DNA of 64,000 nucleotides from positions 29,636,001 through 29,700,000 of the forward strand of contig NC_043015.1 of assembly GCF_006345805.1 (NCBI RefSeq), written 5' to 3'. Positions 12,844 to 27,832 of this stretch are shown one piece after another. A program made the translations under genes and the position numbers. Position 1 is the first letter of the stretch. Each line of letters opens with the position of its first letter. This stretch comes from Octopus sinensis (lineage: Eukaryota). A model generated the notes under the pieces. It was given only the letters and a program-made list of their open reading frames with translations, ran no database searches and had not been told where the DNA came from.

Positions 12844-13697
12844 CGTGTGTGTGTGTGTGTGTATGTGCGCGCGCGAGTGTGGGAAACTAAAGATTCTTGG
12901 AATGTTTCTCCGAATTGCATGTTGTTGATTATTGAATCAACTGATGATGTGACAGAACGTGACAATATATAAGCAGAAACATTCGTGAACACATCGGAAT
13001 ATGTTTAGTGAGGAAGATTTGATTGGTTGCCTGTAAATAAATAAATTGAACCTTAAAATGTTGTACGATATTTTCTTCTCAATCATCATTTGTAGAACAG
13101 GTAATATACTCATCTATTCACAAGCAAGATATATATGATATTTTCACGTCCTTAGGGTCATATTTGTAAAATACAGGAAATACAGGAAAGCTGAAGGTTA
13201 TTGCTAATGTAGTTTGAGTCTTGCTGAACAACTACATCATATTCAATATATCGTCCCCTTTCAGGATATGCTGAATTCAATATGGGAGAAATTAAGTATT
13301 CTTTTTATCCAAGTGATAGGTGAAAATTCCTATAAGAATATCAAATGGAATGTCGGTTAAAGTTCAATTCTGACTTGCTATTCAAAATTCTAAACGGTTT
13401 TCTGCGCGTGTGCATATATATATATATATGTATATATATACATACATACATATATATATATATATCACGTGATCACGTGACCGACCAGACCATCAGATGT
13501 TGTTACACATCGCTGCTCACAATGCGTTCGCATTGTTTTAGCCTTCGAATGACGCCACCCTGCCGGCTAAGCGAGCAGGCCACATATATATATATGACTA
13601 TATAGCATGTGCATACGTACACACGCCATATATACATATTTTTGACTCTCTATCTGTCCATCTGTGTATCTCTCTCTCTCCTCTCCTTTATATCTCT

Positions 13698-13838
<141 letters not shown>

Positions 13839-13848
13839 GTATATATAT

Positions 13849-13925
<77 letters not shown>

Positions 13926-14122
13926 TTTGTGATACATATTGTGTGTGCATCTAGGCATAACTATTTCTCTGTGTACAGTGTGTATATGTATGTTTGTGTT
14001 TACGTATCAAAACTAGACACTTTGGAAACGGAAAAATATCCGTCTGAAATCAATTTTTATTAATTTAGAGAAACAAAAACGCAAAGAACAATATAAAAAA
14101 AATCAACCACAACAACAACAAC

Positions 14123-14155
<33 letters not shown>

Positions 14156-14650
14156 TAATACTGTTGATGTAGGTGATTACTTGTAATGATGATAATAACA
14201 ATAACAACATAATGGAAAGAAAAAACAGAATTGACCGAATTTCTGTGAATATTACATAATGAATTAATGTGGAATCTGAAAGAAGCTTATTTAGAAAATT
14301 TGGTGCCTTAACCAGTGGTAATAACGTTATTCAGCAGAGAGGGCGGGTTGGGGTTGTCGGAGTATTTAAACTCTTTAATGATTGGGGAGGATGCAAAAAC
14401 AGGAAGGTTATAATGAGTGTGTTCTTCGACATGGTGCTATAGAGATAGATAGATAGATAGGAGACAGAGAGAGACAGACAGACAGAGAGATAGAGAGAAT
14501 GATAGAGAGAGAGAGAGAGAGAGTGGATCGCTCTATACAAACACACGCACACGTGTGTGTATATATATGTATATCAATTTATATGCATAAATCTATACAC
14601 ACATATACATGCATACACGCATATACATACGTGCATACATACATACATGC

Positions 14651-14702
<52 letters not shown>

Positions 14703-15344
14703 ATATACATATATGTATATATATATACATATATACACATATATATACATATATATATACATATATATATACAATATATATATAAATATATACATATTAT
14801 ATATATATGTAATATAAATATATGTGTGTGTATATGTATATATATACATATATATATCATATATATATATACACATATATATATATATATGTATACATAT
14901 ATAAATATAAATACGCTAGGAAATGATAAATAGACTGAAAGAGAGAGAGAGAGAGCAGCGAGAGAGAGAGAGAGGAGCGAGAGAGAGAGAGAGGAAGAGA
15001 GAGCGGGAGAGCGTGACAGGGAGTACAATAGAGGACGAGAGAAGGAGATAGAGACAGAGTGTGAGATGGAGCGAGAGTGGGAGAGAGATAGAAAGAGAGA
15101 GAGAGAGAGAGAAGAGAGAGATGAACGGAGTGAGAGTGAGGCAAGAGGGAGGAAGAGGCGTTAGATGAATGCTTAGTCATATGCTGTAGCAAGTAGCGTT
15201 AGCTGACTTGCTCAAGGACATGCAATACAACGCAAACGCTTATAACGTGTCAACCAAGACTGATTGCTCATTCGTTGCAAATGAGATTCTTGAAATAGTT
15301 ACATAATTAAATATATATACACCCATACACACATACATGCATAC

Positions 15345-15391
<47 letters not shown>

Positions 15392-15548
15392 TAAGAAAAA
15401 AACACCTTTTATCAATTCAAAATGAACAATTAAATTACACCATCTAGAAAATACATATAATAGGAATATTAAAATTAAAATAACAATAATATACCGAAGA
15501 TTAAGTAAATTGCAAAAAAAGTAACAAAAACGTATATATTTGGTAGAA

Positions 15549-15588
<40 letters not shown>

Positions 15589-15731
15589 AAAAAATAAGCA
15601 ACAAGAATGGAGGTTATAATCACTCCACATAACTTTATGGGTAATACCATAAAAAATTCTGGTGTATCTAAATTAAGTACCATATTCATTTGAATCTAAA
15701 TTGTTTTGCTGAACATATATATATATATATA

Positions 15732-16082
15732 CTAGCAGTATCGCCCGGCGTTGCTCGGGTTTGTAAGGGAAATAACTATAAAGCATTTTAGAGAGTTATA
15801 GCCAAAAAATGGAAAAAAAATGATGGTAAATTTTTTTTTAGTTAAAATGGTCGAGTTGCGTCCCCTAGACAGTCTGTGGTTTGTGTTTCTGATTCTCGAC
15901 CCCATGTCGAATTATCGATTTTTTTCAGAACTGGGGGAACTTTTCAAAATTTTCGCTGCGTTAGTTTTGAATTATGACATTGGGCTATGTGTGTGTCAAG
16001 TTCATCAGAATCGGTTGAAAGCCGTGGTCAGGGTGAGGGTACAACCTGACAGACACACAGAAACACGCACAGACAAACTGCC

Positions 16083-16090
<8 letters not shown>
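15732..16090 (-). mobile_element. Non-autonomous Helitron-like element, subfamily II
   Basis: Same hairpin-plus-CTAG 3' end as 10685; the body matches 45664-46055; the 5' end runs into (TA)n. Confidence 0.78.
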
Positions 16091-16127
<37 letters not shown>

Positions 16128-16315
16128 ATATCAGCGGCAGCCAGTGTTATTACCGAGAGGTAATATTTATCTTCACTTAGATGTTCTATTAGAACATTTA
16201 AGTGGCGATAAATAAATGTAGGTTGTCATATTAGAAGAAAACTTACCGCGGTAATTACCATGAGAAAAAACCTCGTGTTGGTTTTTGAGCTTTTTAGCTA
16301 GTGTGAGAGTTTTCT

Positions 16316-16549
16316 TATTTCTTTACTGCCCACAAGGGGCTACACATAGAGGGGACAAACAAGGACAGACAAACGGATTAAGTCGATTACATCGACCCAA
16401 GTGCGCAACTGGTACTTAATTTATCGACCCCGAAAGGATAAAGGGCAAAGTCTACCTCGGCGGAATTTGAACTCAGAACGTAACGGCAGACGAAATTCCA
16501 CTAAGAAATTTCGCCCGGCGTGCTAACGTTTCTGCCAGCTCGCCGCCTT
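16316..16549 (-). mobile_element. Group C SINE with TSD, inside a small inverted-repeat element
   Basis: TSD AGTGTGAGAGTTT on both sides; inverted arms near 16231-16274 and 16557-16600 flank it. Confidence 0.9.
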
Positions 16550-17767
16550 CCAGTGTGAGAGTTTCTCTCATGGTAATTACCGCAGTAAAGTTTATTCTAA
16601 CAGAACACCAACGTTTAAGGTGAGTTAAGAATAACCTTTTTACTGTATTGTTTCGGCACCTCGAGGTCTAAGTTTAAATTTCGTCGTGGTCGAATTTGTC
16701 TTTCGTCATCTGAAGATCGACAAACGAAATACCAAACGAAGTCCTCGCAATCGGCTATTATGAAGTGGGGGTCAAGAAAAGAAACGTTCACATCATGGCG
16801 TCAGCAACACTTCTTTTCGTGATCCGGCCTAAGAATAAACAAGAAGTAAAATCGTAACGACTGGAATTCAAGTCTTGCCCCAAGGAACACGACCAGCTGC
16901 AATTTGGATCAATTATTCAGTAATGTTCAGCTAATAAAAATTTCCATTTATAAACCATTCAGCGAATTTCCCGTTAACACAAAAAGTCATTTGACACTCA
17001 TTCATCAAATGAAGGCACCGGAGGCTACTTTGCTATGGACGAATTAACCCCGCGTTCTCCTGTACAAAGAAAAATAATATCCGTGTTGTATAACAGTACT
17101 TCTGCTCAGTTCATTGAAAGGGTTTTGATTATTCTGCCGGCGTTTAATTACATATAATTAAAACGAGTATACACGAGTGGGAGTTATAATTGGAGAGCAC
17201 GTAAATTAAGACTGTATGTATACATTGTACGTGTGTACAATCCCGAAATATATTCGGTATAGTGTGCGTACGTATATACATATGTATAAATATATATAAA
17301 TATATATATATATATAAATATATATATATATATGCATATATATATGTATATAATATATATACGTATAGATATATATAATACATATATATATGTATATATA
17401 TATATACACATATAAATACACAAGTGTATGTATATGTGCGTATATATATATATATATGCATATATATATGTATATAATATATATATATGTATATATATAA
17501 TATATATATATGTGTATATATATATTACATATAAATACACAAGTGTATGTGTGCGTATATATATATATTATATATATATATATCAGCGGCAGGACCAGTG
17601 TTATTACCGAGAGGTAATATTTATCTTCACTTAGATGTTCTATTAGAACATTTAAGTGGCGATAAATAAATGTAGGTGTCATATTAGAAGAAACTTTACC
17701 GCGGTAATTACCATGAGAAAAACACTCGTGTTGGTTTTTGAGCTTTTTAGCTAGTGTGAGAGTTTCT

Positions 17768-18002
17768 TATTTCTTTACTGCCCACAAGGGGCTACACATA
17801 GAGGGGACAAACAAGGACAGACAAACGGATTAAGTCGATTACATCGACCCCAGTGCGCAACTGGTACTTAATTTATCGACCCCGAAAGGATAAAGGGCAA
17901 AGTCTACCTCGGCGGAATTTGAACTCAGAACGTAACGGCAGACGAAATTCCACTAAGAAATTTCGCCCGGCGTGCTAACGTTTCTGCCAGCTCGCCGCCT
18001 TC
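17768..18002 (-). mobile_element. Group C SINE (duplicate of 16316)
   Basis: Second copy inside the tandem duplication; TSD AGTGTGAGAGTTTCT. Confidence 0.9.
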
Positions 18003-19004
18003 CAGTGTGAGAGTTTCTCTCATGGTAATTACCGCAGTAAAGTTTATTCTAACAGAACACCAACGTTTAAGGTGAGTTAAGAATAACCTTTTTACTGTAT
18101 TGTTTCGGCACCTCGAGGTCTAAGTTTAAATTTCGTCGTGGTCGAATTTGTCTTTCGTCATCTGAAGATCGACAAACGAAATACCAAACGAAGTCCTCGC
18201 AATCGGCTATTATGAAGTGGGGGTCAAGAAAAGAAACGTTCACATCATGGCGTCAGCAACACTTCTTTTCGTGATCCGGCCTAAGAATAAACAAGAAGTA
18301 AAATCGTAACGACTGGAATTCAAGTCTTGCCCCAAGGAACACGACCAGCTGCAATTTGGATCAATTATTCAGTAATGTTCAGCTAATAAAAATTTCCATT
18401 TATAAACCATTCAGCGAATTTCCCGTTAACACAAAAAGTCATTTGACACTCATTCATCAAATGAAGGCACCGGAGGCTACTTTGCTATGGACGAATTAAC
18501 CCCGCGTTCTCCTGTACAAAGAAAAATAATATCCGTGTTGTTATAACAGTACTTCTGCTCAGTTCATTGAAAGGGTTTTGATTATTCTGCCGGCGTTTAA
18601 TTACATATAATTAAAACGAGTATACACGAGTGGGAGTTATAATTGGAGAGCACGTAAATTAAGACTGTATGTATACATTGTACGTGTGTACAATCCCGAA
18701 ATATATTCGGTATAGTGTGCGTACGTATATACATATGTATAATATATATAAATATATATATATATATAATATATATATATATATGCATATATATATGTAT
18801 AATATATATACGTATAGATATATATAATACATATATATATGTATATATATATATACACATATAAATACACAAGTGTATGTATATGTGCGTATATATATAT
18901 ATATATGCATATATATATGTATATAATATATATATATGTATATATATAATATATATATATGTGTATATATATATATACATATAAATACACAAGTGTATGT
19001 GTGC

Positions 19005-19053
<49 letters not shown>

Positions 19054-19221
19054 TGTATATTGCCCGTATAAGATTACACAACCGCAAGCTAACCCGATTC
19101 GTTTACAGGTTTTCAAGGTTTTTGTTGCTCTCGAGCGCACCAGATATTTTAGCTTCCACAAACAAACATACACACACACACACATACACACACACACACA
19201 CACATACACACACACACACAA

Positions 19222-19510
19222 AATTGCAACTGACCTCATCGATTTTCCTGGATTGTGTGCAATGTTTTGCTTAACTTCCTAAATAAATTCAGGTGTCCTG
19301 ATAGAATCAGAGCGTTTGGAATGTTTTTTACGTTTTGATACAGGCAAGACGCTTCCATCGTCTTTCTCTAATTCACACCGAAGCTTGTGGACAAAAGATC
19401 TAGCAACTCTCAGAAAACTAGAAATTTCTAAATCACTATGCTTAGCCTTCAAGGCCACAATCACAGCATACCTTTTCATTTCATTAGTTAGCATAGGGCC
19501 AGTCATTGTT
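19222..19510 (-). pseudogene. Tc1/mariner-superfamily transposase N-terminal (HTH) remnant
   Basis: KRYAVIVALKAKHSDLEISSFLRVARSFVHKLR...[25 protein letters not shown] reads in frame across one stop and is cut by a (CA)n tract. Confidence 0.75.
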
Positions 19511-19819
19511 ATTTTCTGAAATAAAAGTTCCATAATAATTAATCAAATAAAATAAGGATTAAACATGCATGCGTCCACAAATACCATCCGTATCTTGTAG
19601 ATAATTATATTAAATTATATATTCACTTGTGCCTCTGAGAATCTAATTCATGTAATAACCTGCTTAGGTTGTGAACATCACTATATAGGGCAGACGATTA
19701 TGACATTGAGACGGAAAACCACTCTAAATAAAGAGCAGATCCGGTTCCCGCAATACAAATAAATTCCTTTAAATGAACACATAGAGAGATGTGCAGGTAA
19801 CATCAGACCAAATTTCACA

Positions 19820-19856
<37 letters not shown>

Positions 19857-20419
19857 TGGGCTTCCACACAGTTTCCTTCATACAAATTCACTCACATGAC
19901 AATGGTAGTAGACACTCGCTCAAGGTTCCGCGTAGTGGGACTGGACCCAAAACAGTGTGGCTGCAAAGCAAGCTTATTATCCACACAACCATTTCTGTGC
20001 CTACTATTTATTTTTTCGCGGGGATTTTTCGATTTATACGAAATATTTGCGGCTGTTCTAAGTGTGTGTGTGTGTTTGAGTACATGCGTGTTAGTATGTG
20101 TACGATTCCGTGTGCTTGAATGAAACAGGAGGTTAGTTAATTATATCAAAATCTGAGATGTATTTGTTTGGGGTTGCAATTTATTTAGCAGCAGAGATCA
20201 AATCTTGGAATTCATATGAGAATGAGAACTGAGTGTGTGCGTGTGCGAGTGTGTGGGCGATGGAAATGCTAATTAGCGAAAATGGAATTTAGGGAATAAC
20301 AGAAGCTAAATTTGAACTACATTAATCGTTGAAATTTGAACTCCCTTAATCTTTGATAGCATCTAGCTAATATGGAACAACACGGATGTGGTAGTCAAAC
20401 GGTACATAGGAATAAAGGA

Positions 20420-20690
20420 AGGAAAGTCATTTGGTTTACCCGACTTGACATCGCTGACTATTATCCACCAATTTCAAAGGAAGTGCTGGTAAAAGCATTC
20501 GTCTATGCAAACCCAATCATCCATATCTCTCAGCAAGATAGAAGGATTATTCTACGTAATAGAAAAATCTCTATTATTGTTCAATAGAGACCTATGGATT
20601 AAGAAATGAAGGGAAACTCAATTGATCCCTTCAACGTGAACACTGGACCCATAAAACTTCGCTGGTGCAAATAATCTGGTTATCTTTTAC
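20420..20690 (+). pseudogene. Penelope-like reverse transcriptase remnant
   Basis: LDIADYYPPISKEVLVKAF..ISQQDRRIILRNRK resembles the PLE RT motif FDIxxFYPSIxxxLLxKAL..I...RKS. Confidence 0.7.
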
Positions 20691-20692
20691 AT

Positions 20693-20880
20693 TGTCTCAG
20701 TCATTAGACCTCGGCCATGCTGGAGCAACGTCTTAGAAAAATGTTTTTTTTAATCGACTGAATCGACTCCAGTACTTATTCTTTAATTCCCTTTTTTCCG
20801 AACCGCTAAGTTACAGGGATGTAGATACACCAGCACTGATTGTCAAGCTGTGGTGAGGGACGAATACAGACACAAAGCCA
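20693..20880 (-). mobile_element. Diverged group B SINE 3' fragment
   Basis: cagtcatt..ggccatgctggagca...ccgaaccgctaagttac...acaccagca. Confidence 0.7.
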
Positions 20881-21135
20881 CGAGCACAGACACAAAGCCA
20901 CGAGCACACACACAGACACACACACATACACACACACACGCACACATACACACACATAAACACACACCTACCTTCATATCGTTTTTTTCCGTGCGCACGT
21001 TTCCCCTTTGTGGTTGTTAGCAACCTCTGCATTGAATGTTCCAATTACAGTTGGATACTGAACCACAACGGATCATCAAAGGAAAACTTTATTGCATTAT
21101 GTTACAGAGATCTCATGTATATATATATATATATA

Positions 21136-21546
21136 CTCTTTTATTCTTTTACTTGTATCAGTCATTTGACTGCGGCCATGCTGGAGCACCACCTTTAGTC
21201 GAGCAAATCGACCCCAGGACTTATTCTTTGTAAGCCCAGTACTTATTCTATCGGTCTGTTTTGCCGAACCGCTAGGTGACGGCGACGTAAACACACCAGC
21301 ATCGGTTGTCGAGCAATGCTAGGGGGACAAATACAGACACACAAATATACACACACACACACATATATATATATATACATATATACGACGGGCTTCTTTC
21401 AGTTTCCGTCTACCAAATCCACTCACAAGGCATTGGTCGGCCCGAGGCTATAGTAGAAGACACTTGCCCAACATGCCACGCAGTGGGACTGAACCCGGAA
21501 CCATGTGGTTGGTAAGCAAGCTACTTATCACACAGCCACTCCTGCG
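21136..21546 (-). mobile_element. Group B SINE
   Basis: Full-length match to 9457-9868. Confidence 0.9.
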
Positions 21547-22749
21547 TCATACATACATATATATGACCATGGGATGAGATTGCTCCTAGAAAGTTCTCCT
21601 TCGAGGTCCAAGTCCAGGCATGATTGTTTTGTGGAAGGCTAACACCGGTTGTCAAGACGCCAGAAAAGACAAACCTGCTAACCGACATACACCTTCAGCT
21701 AAAATACATTATTGCGCGCGCGCGCGCGCGCGCGTGTGTGTGTGTGTAGCCACTATGATCTGAAGATGTCACACTTAAATATACACTTCTCATTACAAAG
21801 TTCTACGTGTTTGAATAAATTCTATACAAGAGCACAACCCCAAAATTAACCAAAAAAATATTCTCCATAAAACCTTACCAACACAATCTACAATACTACC
21901 TATCATTCAACAGAACTCAGCTTACCCTGGAAAGTTTAAACTAAACAGTGGTTGTAATGAGACTGAGATAAATTCAAATGTAGCACAGTCCGATGACAAG
22001 CTTAGCTGTCCAAAACTTGGAAGTCATCATCAATATTATTCTTGTAAAAGAATAATACATTTTTTCTCTAATACTTCAATTTAAAATTGTTTTTATCACA
22101 ATAGAAAGAAACGTTCATATATTTATGTATCTCTCTATATAATTGTTTATCTGCCTACCTATATTGGTATATCCCTATATGCAAACCCATCCACATACAC
22201 GCGTATAAATGCATACATATGTGTGTATGCATGTGTATACATATGTACATAAATCCATATATATGTATATATGCGTATATATGTACATATGTGTACATGT
22301 ATGTATGTATGTATGTATGTATGTATGTATAGCGGAAGAGCTCATGAGCAGTTGACGGCCAGCCAACAATACGTGTACATGTGTATATATGCATGTATGT
22401 ATGCGCGGGGAAATACCTTGGTTGGTGTCCAGGAGCGCGGTTGGTCCACTAGGAGTGGGACGCCCCTCTTTTATTGTCACATCTCTCTAGGAGAGGAAAA
22501 CTCTGAGAGAAAACCCGTGACACTGACAATATTCGCTGATGCAGACTAGTTCTTCGTTTCGTGCTTATTTTGCCCATGTTCAGAGAGTGGGATTGGATTT
22601 GTGCAAATACTGACCCATCGCTTGATAGAATGTAAGACCTATCACAAAAATTGCTGGTCGTAGCGTTCGCATGTGTGGGACTAATGATCAGGCGATGGCA
22701 ATACTTGAACACGAGTTTATAGCCATCATATGTATGTATGTATTTATTT

Positions 22750-23516
22750 ATCCATCCATCCATCCATCAATTCATCCATCCATCCATTAATTCATTCATC
22801 CATCCATCCATCGAGCCAGCCATCCATTCATCCATCCATCCATCCATCCAGCCAGCCAGTCATCCATTCATCCATCCATCCATCCATCGAGCCAGCCAGC
22901 CATTCATCCATCCATCCATCCAACCATCCAGCCAGCCAGCCAGTCATCCATTCATCCATCCATCTATTTATCCATCCATCCATCCATCCATCCATCTATC
23001 CATCGAGCCAGTCATCCATCCATCCATCCATCCATCCATCCATCCATTCATTCATCCATCCATCCATTCAGCCATCTATCCATCCATCCATCCATCCATC
23101 CATCCATCCATCCATCCTACCATCCATCCATCACTCCATCCATCCATCTATCCATCCATCCATCCATCCATCTATCCATCCATCCATCCATCCATCCAGC
23201 TATCCATCCATCCATCCATCCATCCATCTATCCATCCATCCATCCATCTATCCATCCATCCATCCATCCATCCATCCATCCATCCTACCATCCATCCATC
23301 ACTCCATCCATCCATCTATCCATCCATCCATCCATCCATCCATCCATCCATCCATCCATCCATCCATCCTACCATCCATCCATCCATCCATCCATCCATC
23401 CTACCATCCATCCATCCATCCATCCATCCATCCATCCATCCATCCATCCATCCATCCTACCATCCATCCATCCATCCATCCATCCATCCATCCATCCATC
23501 CATCCATCCATCCATC

Positions 23517-23586
<70 letters not shown>
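22750..23586. repeat. Long (CATC)n microsatellite followed by (CTAT)n
   Basis: About 770 bp of interrupted CATC units; source of the 315-aa and 380-aa spurious ORFs. Confidence 0.97.
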
Positions 23587-24476
23587 TTCGCCAGTGCAGT
23601 GCCTGTACACGTATTCTTTCATTCATTCATTCGCTCATTCATTCGCTCATTCATTCATTTATCGAATAATTATATAACATGTCATCAAGTTACCTTTTAC
23701 CTGACGCTACATTACATCACATCACATTACACACACGTTCTATTACCAACATCCTGGTTCCTTCACCTTCAAGCCCGAGACACCAGAAACAGATTTTCAT
23801 TGGCTGGCTTTCATCTTTCAAATACGCCGACGATGATACATGCTTTCTCTGAGATGATCAAATCGACGAGAGAAATCTAAAACGACTGATTCGAAGTCAG
23901 TGTTTAATAGGATATTGGTAGGATGTGTATCAATGGGTCAGGTGATTGTAACCGTGATTGGTTGCTTGCCGACAAGTAATCATAGATGTAAGTACTGATC
24001 GATATCGTTTTGTTTGTTTGTTTTGTTTTGTTTATTGCTGTTGTTGTTTTTTTTTTTTTTACTCGTTTATCCTTTCTTTAACTCCGAATCACTTTTTTGT
24101 GATGCGCATGCGTGCGCATGTGCGTTCGTGTATCTATGTATGTGCGCATACACGCACACATATTCTCTATCTCTGTCTGTCTGTCTCTCTCTCTCTCTCA
24201 CACACACACACACTCTCTCTGTCTCTCTCTCTCACACACGCACACACATATGTGCACACACACACACGTGCACACACACGCGTACACACATAAAATGAGT
24301 TTTTGTGTGCGTCTGTGTGTATGTCTGTCTGTCTGTCAGCCTGTCTGTCAGTCTGTCTGTCTTCCTGTCTACATTTATGTAAATGTATACTTGCATCCAT
24401 ATATATATGTATAAACATGTATATGTGTGTGTGTGTACAACGTATCCAATACGCACGCGCGCACACACACTTACGT

Positions 24477-24510
<34 letters not shown>

Positions 24511-24649
24511 TGAGAGAGAGAGTGGGAAGCGGGAGAGGGATAAAGAAAGAAAAAAGGAAAAAAGAGACAGATAGAGAGAAAGAGAGATGCAGCGGGAGAG
24601 AGAGAAGGAAAGAACGAGATAGAGATAGATAAATTGATTTATAGATAGG

Positions 24650-24706
<57 letters not shown>

Positions 24707-24707
24707 T

Positions 24708-24739
<32 letters not shown>

Positions 24740-25516
24740 TAGACAGAGAAACTGAGAGAGAATCTGTGATGCTTGATGTGTGTTCGAGGCTGTGCGTTAG
24801 AGTGTGAGTGTGTGTGTTTATATCTGAGAGTGTTTATTGATTTCTGCATCGTTAAATTTGAATCTAATTTTCGAATCCACTTGAGTTACTTTGATGTGAA
24901 GATATGAGTTGGAACGACTAAGAATAACATCTTAGAATTGGTTCACTGACAGAAAGATTCCTCTGAGATGAGATTGATGGACCGACTTTATACAGTGCAG
25001 CCTTTAGTTACACGTTATTGGAGTTCGAAACCTGCCGAGTTCTTCTTCATCTTATATGAACATAAATAAATAGTTATTTAAGGATGGAGGTGATGTGTTC
25101 GGATGAATAATCTCCTTAAATCTGTCAACGAGAATAGTATATATTTCTTTACTACCCACAAGGGGCTAAACACAGAGGGGACAAACAAGGACAGACAAAC
25201 GGATTAAGTCGATATATATATACACACACACCTATACATACCAATACGTACTAATACATACTAATACATACTAATACATACACCAACCCCATACATACGC
25301 ACGTCCAGACCAACCTACGCACTAATACTCTCTCATACACACACACACACACACCCTTATACATACTAATATATACACCAACCCTATACATACACACATC
25401 CAGACCCCTCCCACGCACTTTTAGCTGGTCCCTCAACCCATTTATCAACCCTATATCTCCCCTTATTTCGCTCTCGCGTCTCATGTTTGATCTTTGACCT
25501 CTGGCCGAAATCAGAT

Positions 25517-25725
25517 CGCCATGTTGATTCGTTAGCTACTGCACGCATTTTTTTCTCGCCTTCTTTCTGTGTTTTTCTCTCTCTGTGTATCTTTCTGTTG
25601 AAGAGCGTAGGCTCGAAACGTTAAAGACTTGTTTTATTTATATTTCCTGAGCGCCATACTAATACAATTGTTCGTTTGTTTTCCACCTGCCTTCGTCTTT
25701 TGTTTATTTTCATAAAGCTTCCCGT

Positions 25726-25726
<1 letters not shown>
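25517..25726 (+). mobile_element. Short PLE-terminus-like element, inverted copy at 27891-28100
   Basis: Reverse-complement match over about 210 bp; both copies end in ttcccgtta followed by (TA)n. Confidence 0.8.
25590..25627 (+). ncRNA. Minimal type-I hammerhead-like motif (variant core CUGUUGA)
   Basis: TCTTT-CTGTTGA-A-GAGC-gtag-GCTC-GAAA-CG-TT-AAAGA: stem I, stem II, GAAA and NUH are all in place. Confidence 0.6.
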
Positions 25727-25796
<70 letters not shown>

Positions 25797-25852
25797 TCAG
25801 TTGACTTGGCATGATGTTCTTTGCTTTCGGTAGTAATCAGACATATAATCAT

Positions 25853-26216
25853 CAGACAAACGGATTAAATCGATTAGATCGACCCCAGTGCGTAACTGGT
25901 ACTTAATTTATCGACCCCGAAAAGATGAAAGGCAAAGTCGACCTCGGCGGAATTTGAACTCAGAACGTAGCGGCAGACGAAATACCTTTTTCTTTATTAG
26001 CCACAAGGGGCTAAACACAGAGGGAACAAACAAGGACAAAAATAGGTATTAAGTCGATTACATCGACCCCAGTTCGTAACTGGTACTTAATTTATCGACC
26101 CCGAAAAGATGAAAGGCAAAGTCGACCTCGGCGGAATTTGAACTCAGAACGTAGCGGCAGACGATATACTGCTAAGCATTTCGCCCGGCGCGCTAACGTT
26201 TCTGCCAGCTCGCCGC
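25853..26216 (-). mobile_element. Group C SINE head-to-tail dimer
   Basis: Two successive gtcgacctcggcggaatttgaactcagaacgtagcggcagacga units joined near 25980-25992. Confidence 0.9.
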
Positions 26217-26479
26217 AATAAAATATATACATATGAGAACATGCTGACTTCGCGTTTCTATCCTTCCTGCTGCTTGATTATTATTGTTGGTTTCTTTATG
26301 TTCCTATATCGTTGTGGTTTGACAAGAGCCCGATAAAATGAGCTGGACAAAATGCTTGAAGTTTTTTTATAATCTTACTTCTGGGTTCAAATGCCACTGT
26401 GATCAAATTTACGATTTATCCTTCCATTGTTGATAAATTAGATTGCTTTTCAAGTAACAAGGCCCATTTAATTAATATT

Positions 26480-26852
26480 CATTTCAAATTTTGGCACAAG
26501 GCCAGCAGTTTCGGAAAAGGGGCCAAGTCTATTATATCGACTCCAGTACTCAGCTGGTACTTATTTTATCGACCCCGAAAGGATGAATTTGAACTCGGGG
26601 CGTAAAGACGGACGAAATACCTATTTCTTTATTACCCACAAGGTGCTAAACACAGAGAGGAAAAACAAGGACAGACAAACGGATTAAGTCGATTATATCG
26701 ACCCCAGTGCGTAACTGGTACATATTTAATCGACCCCGAAAGGATAAAAGTCAACGTAAACCTTGGCGGCATTTGAACTCGGGGCGTAAAGACGGACGAA
26801 ATACCGATAAACATTTTGCCCGGCGTGCTAACGATTCTGCCAGCTCGGCGCG
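26480..26852 (-). mobile_element. Group C SINE composite (young-tail unit plus old-tail unit)
   Basis: Junction cgaaatacctatttc near 26614; the private 35-bp segment atttgaactcggggcgtaaagacggacgaaatacc occurs twice. Confidence 0.85.
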
Positions 26853-26997
26853 TTAAAGGTCCATTTAATATTCCTATACAACAGACAAGATGTGAATGGA
26901 ATTTCAATAGAAATTTCGACCAAAATTCTATTTGCACCCCTTTGATGGACAAAGCAATAACCAGTTATATAGTCAGGTTAATTCAATTATATATATA

Positions 26998-27832
26998 TAA
27001 TACCAGCGATTATAATTATTTTTATTTTATCGCAATTTGATTTGTTTACATATTTCTCGATAAATTATGAGCGCCAGGCGATATACCAGAATTCCCTAGT
27101 TATGTCGGGACGTTCGGAGTCTGCGCAGTGATATGATTAGTTAGGGAGAGTAAATCATTAGAAGCACATGCTTCTAGTGAGTTAGGATCCCAGAAAAAAG
27201 GGTCTCACTGAAGAATTCTCCCTGAGCAAAATAAATATCTTTATTGCTGAAAAGAAAAAAACTGCAGTCTGAGAATTACCGGTTTAGTAAATGTTTTTAT
27301 CTTCATTTCACTTAATTTATCAAGCTTCTGTATTCCTAGCACATATTTCGCCTTAATGTACTGATATATGAAAAATATATGGCTTGTGTTAGTAATACCA
27401 GCGATTATAATTATTTTTATTTTATCGCAATTTGATTGTGTTTACATATTCTCGATAAATTTTGAGCGCCAGGCGATATACCAGAATTCCCTAGTTATGT
27501 CGGGACGTTCTGAGAGTCTGCGCAGTGATATGATTAGGTAGGAGAGTAAATCATTAGAAGCACATGCTTCTAGTGAGTTAGGATCCCAAAAAACAGGGTC
27601 TCACTGAAGAATTCTCCCTGAGCAAATAAATTTATCTTATTGATGAAAAGAAAGAAACTGCAGTCTGAGAATTACCGGTTAGTAAATGTTTTTATCTTCA
27701 TTTCACTTAATTTATCAAGCTTCTGTATTCCTAGCACATATTTCGCCTTAATGTACTGATATATGAAAAATATATGGCTTGTGTTAGTAATACCAGCGAT
27801 TATAATTATTTTTATTTTATCGCAATTTGATT

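Larger units (their letters stand above)
16131..19010. repeat. Near-identical tandem duplication, period about 1452 bp
   Basis: tcagcggcag..ccagtgttattaccgagagg starts at 16131 and 17583; the copies differ mostly by 1-2-bp indels. Confidence 0.95.

Noticed and set aside
12930-13130. Faint GIY-YIG-like coding remnant (also 40840-41180)
   Set aside because: Needs several frameshifts to read and cannot be supported without a translated search.
22400-22530. RTE-like 5' UTR fragment (ctaggagaggaaaactctga)
   Set aside because: Resemblance from memory only; single short copy with no adjacent RT sequence.
22730-23880. 315-aa and 380-aa ORFs
   Set aside because: Translations of (CATC)n and (CTAT)n, which lack stops in these frames; no protein complexity.
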